Shown here one piece after another: positions 47,482-57,081 of a DNA stretch of 64,000 nucleotides; within the stretch, counting starts at the first letter, position 1; each line of letters begins with the position of its first letter. The notes beneath the pieces are model-generated. The model was not told where the DNA came from. It saw only the letters and a list, made by a program, of their open reading frames with translations, and made no database searches. A program made the position numbers and the translations under genes. The stretch lies in assembly GCA_937873375.1 (NCBI GenBank), contig CALMWK010000125.1, positions 24,870 through 88,869 on the forward strand, written 5' to 3'. The DNA comes from Candidatus Bathyarchaeota archaeon (GTDB lineage: Archaea; Thermoproteota; Bathyarchaeia; Bathyarchaeales; Bathycorpusculaceae).

Positions 47482-47554
47482 CGAAACGCCTTATCCATTA
47501 GCAGTCTTGGTGGGTTAATAAATATTTTATAAAATAAGACAAAAGCCCGCGGGT

Positions 47555-48616
47555 TTATGTTTTCTCTGGGGCTTGTGGCGGGGTGGGCATTGTTTTTTGT
47601 TTGCGCTTGTAGTAAGCCAACGGATGCCGAATCCATCGACACAACTCATCATTGTTCACACAAACGCCATGAGTTTGAAGCGTGGAGCAACTTGGCGGCG
47701 TGTACGCAGTTCCAGAGCCTTTCTCTCCAGCTATATGTTCAACTTGGTACAGTGTTAGCCGTGCATTATAGTCGGAGAACGTCTTGAAAACTTCCGCAAC
47801 TTTTTCCGGAGGCATCCCAATAGTGACCAAAAACGAAGTTAGCGTGAACCTGCCAACATGGGAAAGGTGCCGACCTTTTGATGCTTCTTCGTAAAGCGCC
47901 ACAATGCAGGGTGGAAAAGCGGATTGGGAAACAACTTTGGGGAAACCGCCCATTTCCGCTTCACCAATTTTGTCCTTGGCTAAGACGTTTAGCTGCTCAG
48001 CGATTTCCACCACTTTCTGCGGAAACGGCGGAAGCTCTTTTGTATCTAATCTTTTGTCTATGCGTCTTTGAACTTCTTCCTGCAGCAACCGTGCAACGTC
48101 GTGCTGGTTGAGGTAAACCTTGCCGTCAACCAAAAAACGGTTGATGAGTTTCCATTTTTCATCCCGCAAGTGCGTGACGTTACGCAAGTAGTCAGCAAAA
48201 CCCAAAACAAACTCCAAAGGAATCGAAGAATCGCGGTTTAGCTCTATGTCCCAGTCAAAATTTCGGGCAAGAGCCAGCAACTTCTCGCTGGACTCAAATT
48301 GAAAATCACTATGAGCTTGTTTTGCCTCGGCGAGGGCGTAGCGTTTTTTTATGAAACTGTTTTTGGTTGCTAACGCCAATATAATGGCTACGGGAAAAGA
48401 AGGAATCTCCACGGGATTTTCGCGTCTTTGACCAGTGGAAACGTACAAAATTGCGTGGTTGACCCGCTCTTCGGCTCGGCTTAGAATGCTGCCCAATTCA
48501 GGGCTGGTTAATTCTTCGATGTCTAAGCCTATTTTTCCCATGTATTCAGCAGTTTCTTTCAGGAACGGGTATTTCGCCAAATCGTTTGGTGTGAACTTCA
48601 CCGGTTCCAATTGCAT
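47555..48616 (-). CDS. priL: DNA primase large subunit PriL
   Basis: FPPCI...HVGRFTLTSFL...Fe-S cysteines (PPSCSTLQTHGVC). Confidence 0.85.
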   Translation of the reverse strand: MQLEPVKFTPNDLAKYPFLKETAEYMGKIGLDIEELTSPELGSILSRAEERVNHAILYVSTGQRRENPVEIPSFPVAIILALATKNSFIKKRYALAEAKQAHSDFQFESSEKLLALARNFDWDIELNRDSSIPLEFVLGFADYLRNVTHLRDEKWKLINRFLVDGKVYLNQHDVARLLQEEVQRRIDKRLDTKELPPFPQKVVEIAEQLNVLAKDKIGEAEMGGFPKVVSQSAFPPCIVALYEEASKGRHLSHVGRFTLTSFLVTIGMPPEKVAEVFKTFSDYNARLTLYQVEHIAGEKGSGTAYTPPSCSTLQTHGVCVNNDELCRWIRHPLAYYKRKQKTMPTPPQAPEKT

Positions 48617-48629
48617 AGCGTGTTTCTCA

Positions 48630-49385
48630 TCAATCTGTTTCGATTCGCGGTGCCAAGAAGAAGGTCAACTTGCCCTCTTTCTGTTGCTGAAAGTCTATTC
48701 GTATGGGCATGTCTGTGGAAAACTCAAGCGTGGCAATATCTGAGGTGGCTGAAGCAGCCTTAATTATCTCAGCCAAGTAGCTCAGGCTGAAAGTTGCTTT
48801 TGACCCTTCTTTAGCCTCCAGTTCCAACAGTGCGTCGTTTCCTTTTTGCAGAGTAATTGTTGCACCCATCAAGTCGCCTGCAGCGTTAAGAACCAGCTTC
48901 TCAGGGTCAGCTTCAATTCGGACGTGGTCACTTACTAGTTGAGCATCTTCTATTGCTTGGCTCAAGCCCTGAGTTGTGGTTTTAGCTTTAACGTTGAAAG
49001 CTATTTTTGGTGTGGGCACTTCCTCTTCAGAAGCTTCCAACGTGGGCATTGTGAAGTCTCGGCTGTACTTGCCAGTTATTTTAACCTGTAAACGTCCAGT
49101 TTTGTCGTCAAGAGATAACTCGACAGCTTCGTCTTTGCTGGCGCGTTTGAGAAGTTTGAGCAGTTCACTGATGTTTATGCACATCTTTGTGGGTTCGTTG
49201 CAGACATACTCTTCGAAGATTGTTTTTGGCCATTCAAAATCAATCATGGCAACGCGTGAAGGATCCATTGCCCGCAGTTTTAACCCATCGGGTTCAATTT
49301 TGAAGGTTGCTTCGTCTACTAGAATTGAGATTGCTGTTGCCATGTCTCTTAGGAGTTTGGCGTCTGTAACTTTGAGCTTAAACAT
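48630..49385 (-). CDS. pcn: DNA polymerase sliding clamp PCNA
   Basis: 251 aa. FKIEPDGLKLRAMDPSRVAMIDF and the two-domain clamp pattern. Confidence 0.9.
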   Translation of the reverse strand: MFKLKVTDAKLLRDMATAISILVDEATFKIEPDGLKLRAMDPSRVAMIDFEWPKTIFEEYVCNEPTKMCINISELLKLLKRASKDEAVELSLDDKTGRLQVKITGKYSRDFTMPTLEASEEEVPTPKIAFNVKAKTTTQGLSQAIEDAQLVSDHVRIEADPEKLVLNAAGDLMGATITLQKGNDALLELEAKEGSKATFSLSYLAEIIKAASATSDIATLEFSTDMPIRIDFQQQKEGKLTFFLAPRIETD

Positions 49386-49675
49386 TACTGCTTCCTCTCT
49401 TAATGCATATACGGTTATGCTTTAAAGACTTACGCACTTAAGCATGATTCTTATAGATAAAAGTATTCTTGAAAGAAGCTAAAGGTTTCTCAGCTAAATA
49501 GTTTCGGAAAAGAGCATCTGCGCGTGGAAATAATTGTGAAGATTTACAGAAGCATCGGAAACCATTTTGAAAAGTTACAATGTAGCTTTGCTCGCATGCG
49601 GCTGTTGATAACTTAAAAGTGGCAAAGTCGAAGCTCTTAAAATAAAAAAAGGAAACGGGTTTGGGTTGGAACTTG

Positions 49676-50059
49676 TTAGACGTATTTCTTGCAGTTGTAG
49701 CAATACCATCTCTGATACTGCTGGATGTAATTCAGCGGGTTCCTACATGTTGGGCACACTGGCTGTTGAGTTTGCTGAGCCTGCTGAACGGGCTGAGCAG
49801 TTTGAACCGTGGACATTGTTTCAGCTGCACGCGCGGCAACTGGCTTAAGAACCACAAAGTCTACTGCGCCCTGAATGTTGTCCCAAGCGATATCCTGAAG
49901 GTCTCCGTTTTCGTCTTCTACACTTAACGAGATTCCCGCTTTCCCAACGGTGAAGCCGACATCTTTGACTGTTCCAACAAGTTTTCCGTCTGCACTAACA
50001 ACTTTCATGTCTATGAGTTTGTCTTTGGTTACACTCTTTTCTTTCTGCTGTTTCGACAT
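49676..50059 (-). CDS. PRC-barrel domain protein with Q-rich linker and C-terminal zinc ribbon
   Basis: VVSADGKLVGTVKDVGF...DIAWDNI PRC-barrel pattern followed by CPTCRN...CYNCKK. The start is at the MSKQQ methionine. Confidence 0.7.
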   Translation of the reverse strand: MSKQQKEKSVTKDKLIDMKVVSADGKLVGTVKDVGFTVGKAGISLSVEDENGDLQDIAWDNIQGAVDFVVLKPVAARAAETMSTVQTAQPVQQAQQTQQPVCPTCRNPLNYIQQYQRWYCYNCKKYV

Positions 50060-50179
50060 GGAAACACCTAGAAAACAGTATTCGACAGCTATGGCTATAA
50101 AGCTTTCATATGCTTCCCTTGGGAGAAAATCATAAATAGCGAACGCACGCAGAGATAACATTCGGAGAAATGAAGAAAA

Positions 50180-50695
50180 ATGGCATCACAAAGTTCTGAA
50201 TTTGACGTGAATCATTGGATCTACCGCTTTCTGGCGCTAGTCGTTGACTACATAATTGTTGGGATACTAGGGTGGGTTATCTTCAATTACGCTGTGGCAC
50301 CACTCCTCTGGACCATAAACTTTGGATATGGAATTACAGCCTTAGCAGTACCATGGTGGGGTAGCGTATTTGTTTACCCTTTAATCAGTGGCATAATTTG
50401 GCTAATTTACTCTGCTGTTCTGGATGTTTCATGGGGTGCAACAATTGGCAAAAGAGTCTTAGGCTTACAAGTACAGATGCTCAACGGCGGCAAAGTAGAC
50501 TTCGGCAAAGCCTTCATGCGCAACATAAGCAAAATTCATCCGCTTTTCCTCCTACTAGACTGGATAATAGGAATCGCTACTCCCGGAGCTGACCGCCGAC
50601 AGAAATACACCGACCGCATGGCAGGAACCACAGTTGTTTCCATAAAGCAACCCTTTGCAACGGGTGTACCGCCGCCACCACCGCCACCAACCTGA
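50180..50695 (+). CDS. RDD-family membrane protein
   Basis: RFLALVVDYIIVG plus three TM segments, a late DR..GT pattern and a poly-Pro tail. Confidence 0.65.
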   Translation: MASQSSEFDVNHWIYRFLALVVDYIIVGILGWVIFNYAVAPLLWTINFGYGITALAVPWWGSVFVYPLISGIIWLIYSAVLDVSWGATIGKRVLGLQVQMLNGGKVDFGKAFMRNISKIHPLFLLLDWIIGIATPGADRRQKYTDRMAGTTVVSIKQPFATGVPPPPPPPT

Positions 50696-50863
50696 CAGAG
50701 TTAGATTTTAAACTAAATTTTCCCCCTTTCTCTTTTCCAATAGAGTTGTTGTAGTTTGGTTTTTGTGAACAGACAGTGCTATGCCTGTTTCGCCTGATTA
50801 AAAGTTTGAAAATAGGAAATGAAAGTTGAGGTGTGTGCTTCTTTTTAGGAGATGAGACGAAGG

Positions 50864-51223
50864 CTAGCTGTATTCTCGGAACGTGTAGTTGCATTTTGTG
50901 CATCGCAGGAACTGTGTGGAGGATTCGTCTGCGCCTCGGGTCTGTACTTGCCAGACGTATGCGGTGTTGTTGCTGCATTTTGGGCACTCTATTCTGACGG
51001 TGGGAAGCGTGTTTAGTTTCTGTTCTTCTTTTCCGATGACGGCAACAAACTGTTGGGGCGTGTGTTGTATGACTTTGCGGATTTTAGGTTCAATTTTTTT
51101 GCCTACTTCTGCTTTTTTGTATCCGCATTTTGGACAGACAAGCGCTAAAGAAGCTTCTTTTCCGTTCTTGGCTTTCTTCGGTTCAAGACGGGACCCACAC
51201 TTCGGACAAAACTCCATATTCAA
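50864..51223 (-). CDS. tfs: transcription factor S (TFS; RpoM-like)
   Basis: N-terminal ribbon MEFCPKCG...CPKCG and C-terminal TFIIS ribbon CPKCSNNTAYVWQVQTRGADESSTQFLRCTKCN. Confidence 0.9.
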   Translation of the reverse strand: MNMEFCPKCGSRLEPKKAKNGKEASLALVCPKCGYKKAEVGKKIEPKIRKVIQHTPQQFVAVIGKEEQKLNTLPTVRIECPKCSNNTAYVWQVQTRGADESSTQFLRCTKCNYTFREYS

Positions 51224-51283
51224 CTACTCCGTTTTTGTTTTCCCTTTGCATGATGCTTCTTAACTTTTTCATAGTGTAAGTGG

Positions 51284-51880
51284 CTACGTTGTATATAGGC
51301 TTATTCCAGATGCGATCAGGTGGGCTACGCGGAGGGCTTCGGGGATGTTGCTTCTTGTGGAGGTTAGCCGTATGATTTCTTGGGCGGTTTCTTTGGGGAT
51401 GCCTGCGGTTTCGATGTGTATTGTTTGTTTTCCGCTTCGGGCTTTGATGGGGTAGATTTCGCCTGCGTTGAGGACTACTTGCCAGCGTTCTTGGCTGTTG
51501 GGTAAGTTTTCCAGTGCTTTTTTGACTTTGTCGAGGTCTGGTTTTTTGTTGGTTACAGCTATAACGGGAAGCTGGGTTGCTGTGTTGAGGGCTTGGATGT
51601 CTACCACGTTGAAGCCTGCGAAGGTTATGCCGTTGAGCAGTACTACGCGGAGTTGTTTGTAGTGGGGCGAGTTAGTTATCATTTGGGCAATTTTGGCTGT
51701 AGCATCAAAATCATCCACTCTAACTCGGGTGTGCATGATGCCGTCGAACCAGTAGCCACCTCGGAAAACAACGCCGACGATGAGAACGTGGTCTTTTGTG
51801 TGGGGGATGAATTTGCCGTCGTCGACTCCTAAAACGCGGATTTCAGGTTTAATTATGTGCAGGGGTCTATGGCGGTTCAA
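51284..51880 (-). CDS. DUF99/UPF0215 family protein (endonuclease V-like fold)
   Basis: IRVLGVDDGKF N-terminal signature. 198 aa. Confidence 0.7.
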   Translation of the reverse strand: MNRHRPLHIIKPEIRVLGVDDGKFIPHTKDHVLIVGVVFRGGYWFDGIMHTRVRVDDFDATAKIAQMITNSPHYKQLRVVLLNGITFAGFNVVDIQALNTATQLPVIAVTNKKPDLDKVKKALENLPNSQERWQVVLNAGEIYPIKARSGKQTIHIETAGIPKETAQEIIRLTSTRSNIPEALRVAHLIASGISLYTT

Positions 51881-51960
51881 AATTCTGCCTCGGTGCTTGA
51901 GAGAGGCTATTGTTTGTTTGTGTTTTTAAGTTTAGCGAGTGCGTTTTTTGTGCTCGGTGT

Positions 51961-52155
51961 AGTCTATAGCCCCCTTATTTATAGAATCCAACATGCTTCT
52001 GGTAGGGTCGCTATGGTTTTGCTCTGCCCTTAATCTCCTACCCGTTTCCCACAACCAACACTAACAAAAATTGACCTCTGATAGGTCCCTATCGTTTTCA
52101 CCTACCCCCCCTCTATCGTTTCTGCATCGATTGACTAATAGGCTCCAAATACGAT
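51961..52155 (+). repeat. intergenic repeat family, copy B (composite; 5' module duplicated)
   Basis: ggtagggtcgctatggttttgctctgccc..cctaccc and taggtccctatcgttttcacctacccccc both resemble the 5' module of copies A and C. The 3' module ctctatcgtttctgcatcgattgactaataggctccaaatacg matches A and C. Confidence 0.7.
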
Positions 52156-52273
52156 GGCGTTAACTATGCACGGAACAGACAGCAGAACATCTTGTCCTAA
52201 GAACTGGCACGTTTTGTTCTAAGGCATGGCGCTATAAACTGCCTCCGCAATAAGTGTGAAACGGTGAAAACAC

Positions 52274-52729
52274 ATGAAGCACCCCAAATTAGTCTCCCTC
52301 ATAGTCATGCTAATTGTTTTCAGCAGCGTCGCAGGCGTATGCTGGGCACTAAGCACCGCACATGAACCCGATGAGCAATCAGGCAACCCGATGCCGCAGT
52401 TTAGGTTTCACGAGCAAATACGCGACGCCGCCATAGCTTACATCAGCGACAATCATCCTGAAACCGGGCAGTTCACGGATAGCTTTGCTTGGGCAGGCGG
52501 AAGAGCAACCCCCGAGGGTCTCCTAGGCGCAGAAACCTACATCTACCAAAGCCAAGGCTGGAATGTAACAATACACTACACGGTAGTTGCAAATCCAGTC
52601 TACAGCATAACCGCAGACTACTCAGCCCAAACATCACCAGAAGAGTTCGGGATTCCCTACAGGATACTCTGGGAAGGCACTTGGAAAAACGGCTGCATCA
52701 TAGAGACAAGCTACTGCTTTGCCCAATAA
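52274..52729 (+). CDS. secreted or membrane-anchored protein with one copy of an uncharacterised ~105-aa domain
   Basis: N-terminal signal/anchor (LVSLIVMLIVFSSVAGVCWA). The domain reads IRDAAIAYISDNHPETGQF..WAGGRATPEGLLGAETYIY...NPVYSI..WEGTWKNGCIIETSY. Confidence 0.7.
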   Translation: MKHPKLVSLIVMLIVFSSVAGVCWALSTAHEPDEQSGNPMPQFRFHEQIRDAAIAYISDNHPETGQFTDSFAWAGGRATPEGLLGAETYIYQSQGWNVTIHYTVVANPVYSITADYSAQTSPEEFGIPYRILWEGTWKNGCIIETSYCFAQ

Positions 52730-52849
52730 ACACCACACAGCATAAGCAACCCGCCAGTTCACCCTTTGTAAGCTAAGAAATTTGAGCTTAGCCCCGAAGA
52801 AAGGTGTTATATAGCGATTCCTAATATTCTATAAAGATAGGCGAGAAAC

Positions 52850-53704
52850 ATGAAACAGCAAACCCTTTTAATAATCCTAGCTGTAGCAGCCATCGTCATC
52901 ATAGCTGGCGGATTCGGCGCTTGGACACTTCTTAACTCCAATCAACCCAGCAGCTCTACTGCTACACCTTCACCCACTGCCACAACCACACCAGAGCCTT
53001 CTTCCTCACCAGAGGATACTGTTCAGCAACAGGTTCGTGACGCATCCATGACTTACATCAAAACCAATCATCCTGAAACCGAGCAGCTCATGACAGACCT
53101 TTCTTGGACTGGAGGCAGACAAGAAACGGGTTTGATAGGAGCAGAAACATACGTTTACGAAACCGTACACGGCATGATTGGCGGTCAATGGTGGACAGTT
53201 AACCTTGCGTATCCCGTGGTTCCTAACCCAGTGTATACGGTAGCGGTAAATTACACGCAATCAGGTGTAGCGTCACCCGTTAATATCGTTTGGCAGGGAA
53301 CATACCAAGACGGAACTATAACCGAAACCAGCTATAGCTCAAACATAAACAGCCTACCTGCCCCGTTATCCACTCAGGAACAGGTCCGAGACGACATCAT
53401 GGTCTACATAGAAGCAAACCACAACCAGACCGCACAGTACATGCAAAGCCTCAACTGGACAGGTGGAAGAGCAACCGCTGAAGGGCTTGTAGGCGCAGAA
53501 ACATATGTTTACGAAACCGTTCACGGTATGCTTGGGGGACAATGGTGGACTGTTGACCTTGCGTATCCTGTGGTTCTAAACCCAGTGTATACGGTGTCAG
53601 CAAACTACACGCAATCAGGCTTGTTATCACCCGTAGCTATTGCTTGGCAAGGAACATGGCAAAACGGAACCATAACAGAAACAAGCTACACCTTCACCCC
53701 TTAG
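52850..53704 (+). CDS. secreted or membrane-anchored protein with two tandem copies of the same ~105-aa domain
   Basis: Signal/anchor, then a Ser/Thr/Pro linker, then repeats at about 53021-53338 and 53372-53701. The repeats share long identical peptide runs (GAETYVYETVHGM.GGQWWTV.LAYPVV.NPVYTV). Confidence 0.8.
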   Translation: MKQQTLLIILAVAAIVIIAGGFGAWTLLNSNQPSSSTATPSPTATTTPEPSSSPEDTVQQQVRDASMTYIKTNHPETEQLMTDLSWTGGRQETGLIGAETYVYETVHGMIGGQWWTVNLAYPVVPNPVYTVAVNYTQSGVASPVNIVWQGTYQDGTITETSYSSNINSLPAPLSTQEQVRDDIMVYIEANHNQTAQYMQSLNWTGGRATAEGLVGAETYVYETVHGMLGGQWWTVDLAYPVVLNPVYTVSANYTQSGLLSPVAIAWQGTWQNGTITETSYTFTP

Positions 53705-53850
53705 CACATTGATAAGGCTCTCAGACCGCAAAAGTCCCACTTTCTTCTTTTTTCTTTTGCTTTAGCGGATTCGTGATAAGTTTTTAAGCCAAACCAGCAT
53801 ACTACGAGCAACACACAAAAGCCAAGACCCACTAATACCTCAGGGAGGAG

Positions 53851-55149
53851 ATGCAAATCCGAGTAATCGCCGACCTACACATCCACAGCCGTTATAGCCG
53901 AGCCACCAGCCAACAGCTGAGCATAAAAGAAATCGCGCGTTACGCAAAAATTAAAGGCTTGCAGCTTGTGGGCACAGGCGATTTTACGCATCCCCTCTGG
54001 CTCAGAGAAATACGCGAAACCCTCACCTCTGACGCAGACTCTGGGCTCTACAAACTAATCGGCAATCCTGAAGTGCCTATGCGTTTCATGTTAACTACAG
54101 AAGCCTGCACAATCTTCAACTACAATAACCAATCAAAAAAGGTCCACCACGTCATCTTCACTCCAAGCATAGACCACGCCGTCCAAATCAACGATAAACT
54201 CTGCAAATACGGCAGCCTCAGCGCAGACGGCAGACCCATTCTAAACATGACCGCCCCACAACTGGTCGAGGAAGTGATGCAGGTCTCAACTGAAAACATG
54301 ATTTTCCCCGCTCACGCTTGGACGCCTTGGTTCAGCGTTTTCGGAGCTTTCAGCGGCTTTGACAGCATTGACGACTGCTACCAAGACATGACCAAACACA
54401 TCTACGCATTGGAAACGGGTCTCTCCTCAGACCCGCCTATGAATTGGCGCCTCAGTAAGCTGGACAGGTTCACGTTGGTTTCGAACAGCGATAGCCACAG
54501 TTTTTGGCCGTGGCGCATGGGCAGAGAAGCCAACGTCTTCGAACTGGAACGTGTAACCTACGGGGAAGTCACAGACGCTATCCGCACCAAAGATACCAAA
54601 CGCTTCAAATTCACAATCGAAACTGACCCTGCCTACGGGAAATACCATTGGACGGGGCACCGCAACTGCAACGTGTCCCTCTCGCCTGCGGAAGCACGCA
54701 AATTCAGCAACATCTGCCCTGTCTGCCGCCGAAAACTCACCGAAGGCGTTGAGCAAAGAGTGGAAGACTTGGCAGACCGCCCAGCAGAATTCAAAGACTC
54801 CAACGCGCCTGGGTTCATGCGTTTAATGCCTCTTTCAGAGATTATAGCCGCTGTTTTGAATGTTGAGTCTCCTTCAACTCAGGCGGTTTGGAAAATCTAC
54901 AATTCCCTTGTGGACAACTTCGGCGACGAGTACACGGTGCTCATTGACGCGCCAAAAGAGACATTGAACCAAGTGGTAGACCAACCCGTAGCAGCCGCAA
55001 TAATCAGTGTCCGAGAAGGCTCCGTTAAGGTGGTTCCTGGCTACGACGGGGTTTACGGCAAACTTGTCCTCAGCCCCCCTGCTGGCGCTTCGGCTCCTAA
55101 TCTTTTGCGGGGAAGTGTACAACAAAAGAACCTTGCCGACTTTTGGTAA
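53851..55149 (+). CDS. endoQ: endonuclease Q (PHP-domain deaminated-base endonuclease)
   Basis: ADLHIHSRYSRATS PHP motif, GTGDFTHPLW and C-terminal zinc finger CNVS...CPVCRRKL. Confidence 0.75.
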   Translation: MQIRVIADLHIHSRYSRATSQQLSIKEIARYAKIKGLQLVGTGDFTHPLWLREIRETLTSDADSGLYKLIGNPEVPMRFMLTTEACTIFNYNNQSKKVHHVIFTPSIDHAVQINDKLCKYGSLSADGRPILNMTAPQLVEEVMQVSTENMIFPAHAWTPWFSVFGAFSGFDSIDDCYQDMTKHIYALETGLSSDPPMNWRLSKLDRFTLVSNSDSHSFWPWRMGREANVFELERVTYGEVTDAIRTKDTKRFKFTIETDPAYGKYHWTGHRNCNVSLSPAEARKFSNICPVCRRKLTEGVEQRVEDLADRPAEFKDSNAPGFMRLMPLSEIIAAVLNVESPSTQAVWKIYNSLVDNFGDEYTVLIDAPKETLNQVVDQPVAAAIISVREGSVKVVPGYDGVYGKLVLSPPAGASAPNLLRGSVQQKNLADFW

Positions 55150-55151
55150 CC

Positions 55152-55586
55152 ATGGAGACGCATGGTGTTTTGTCTGTTCCTCTGTTTAACAGCTTAAAGA
55201 CAATGCTTATTAAATCGCAGAAAGTCGATGAAGGCGTTGGAATCTGGTGGTTTATGAGCAACTTGAACGCCGACGGGGCAGAGCAGGTTTTCAGAGCAGT
55301 AGATAACGTTCTGAGGCAAGTGATAGGCGAAAAAGCTACCCTGCTGGTTTACAAGTATTTGGAAAGTCGCTTCTCTTTGCGAACAAGCGAGTTTTCAACA
55401 AAAGCTGAAGTGCTCGCGGAAGGGCTCAGATGTTTTCTGTGCTCAGGCGCGCCCCTTGTCGAACGCAAAATCCTCAATGACCTATACTCCAGCTGCGGTA
55501 TTTGCAACAAGATGGCCATTGCAAAAGCAGAAGCTCCATACGATTTTGCCAGCCAAGTTAGATTCGCCCTGCAGAACGCCAACTAA
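55152..55586 (+). CDS. hypothetical protein
   Basis: ORF immediately after endoQ (the track start is TTG at 55143). No family recognised. Confidence 0.4.
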   Translation: METHGVLSVPLFNSLKTMLIKSQKVDEGVGIWWFMSNLNADGAEQVFRAVDNVLRQVIGEKATLLVYKYLESRFSLRTSEFSTKAEVLAEGLRCFLCSGAPLVERKILNDLYSSCGICNKMAIAKAEAPYDFASQVRFALQNAN

Positions 55587-55695
55587 CTATTTTTTCTGAA
55601 AACCTGGCTGCCCAATTTTATCCCTTCAAGCCTAAACAAAACCATTTTATCCTCTGTACCCATCTGTTTTAGGCAATGTACGGAGCAACTGCTAC

Positions 55696-57081
55696 TTGAA
55701 AGACCTTCTAACCAAACTAACCAACACAGCAACAGGCAAGTTCGGCGCTGAATACGCAGAAATCCGAGCGCAAAACCTCTCCAAAACCATGTTCACCATG
55801 AAAGAAGGCCGCGTGGAAGCCGCCAAACAGGGCGTCGAAAGCGGCGTTGCACTGCGTGTGCTTGTGAAGGGCGCTTGGGGTTTCGCCTCGGTCGGTGCAA
55901 TGGACAGTGAGACGTTGATGGATGCTCTTTCGGACGCTTGCTCTATGGCGAAAGCAGCGAGTGCCCATATGAAAAGTCCGATTAAGCTTGCTGCAACGAA
56001 AGCCGTGGAAGACCACGTTCAAATTAAACCAAAGAGGAATCCTGCGGAGATAAGCATCGAAGAAAAAATAAAAACCGTTTCCGCGATAAACAAAGTTGCC
56101 TTAACCTTTGATAAACGCGTGAAGAGCTGCACCATAGACTACTTGGACCTGACTGGAACCAGCTTCTTCGCCAACAGCGACGGCTCCTACATAGAACAAG
56201 ACAAACTCTATGTCTGGTCAAAACTGGCTGCAACTGCCCAGCAAAGCGGTGTTTTCACTCACAGTCGAGACGAATTAGGCTCCACCGCAGGATACGAACT
56301 CTTCGACACAGAAACCCCCGAAGCCTTAGGCGAAAAGTTGGCGAAACGGGCAGTTAACCAGTTAAAAGCGAAGCCTCCTAAAGGCGGCGCGTTCCCTGTG
56401 GTGCTTGGACCTAACGTGGTGGGCGTTTTTGTTCATGAGGCTTTTGGTCACTTGGCAGAGGCTGATTTGGCTCTTTCAGGTGGCGTGTTGGCGAGCAATT
56501 TGGGGAAGAAGATAGCTTCTGACTTGGTTACTTTCTACGATGACGGAACAGTGAACGGCGCTTTTGGCTCTTTCAAATACGACGACGAAGGCGTACCCGC
56601 CAAGAAAAGCCTACTCATAAAAGACGGCGTCGTAACTGGCTTGATGCATAACCGTGAAACCGCGCAGAAATTCAACGCTGAACCAACAGGCAACGCAAGG
56701 GCAGAAGATTTTAAGGTCGAACCCATCATCCGCATGCGCAACACATACTTTGCGCCCCGAGACTGCGCCTTCGAAGAACTAATTGAAGACGTGAAGGCGG
56801 GTTATTACTTTAAGAGTTTCCGCGGAGGACAAGCCAGCCTTGACGGAGGCTTCCAAGTTGGCATCCAAGAAGCCTGCGAAATAGTCAACGGGGAACTCGG
56901 AGAACCTGTCCGTGACGCCTCCATCAGCGGCAACACACTGGAGACCTTGTTTAAGGTTGACGCGGTTGGAAAAGACTTTGAACTCCACTCAGGACGATGC
57001 GGGAAAGGTCAAACCGCCTTTATAGGCGACGGCGGACCACACATCAGAGTTAACGAGGTGACTGTCGGTGGTAGCGCTTGA
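55696..57081 (+). CDS. tldD: TldD-family metalloprotease
   Basis: HExxxH motif [10 protein letters not shown] and C-terminal GxC..G (SGRCGKGQ). Confidence 0.85.
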   Translation: MKDLLTKLTNTATGKFGAEYAEIRAQNLSKTMFTMKEGRVEAAKQGVESGVALRVLVKGAWGFASVGAMDSETLMDALSDACSMAKAASAHMKSPIKLAATKAVEDHVQIKPKRNPAEISIEEKIKTVSAINKVALTFDKRVKSCTIDYLDLTGTSFFANSDGSYIEQDKLYVWSKLAATAQQSGVFTHSRDELGSTAGYELFDTETPEALGEKLAKRAVNQLKAKPPKGGAFPVVLGPNVVGVFVHEAFGHLAEADLALSGGVLASNLGKKIASDLVTFYDDGTVNGAFGSFKYDDEGVPAKKSLLIKDGVVTGLMHNRETAQKFNAEPTGNARAEDFKVEPIIRMRNTYFAPRDCAFEELIEDVKAGYYFKSFRGGQASLDGGFQVGIQEACEIVNGELGEPVRDASISGNTLETLFKVDAVGKDFELHSGRCGKGQTAFIGDGGPHIRVNEVTVGGSA

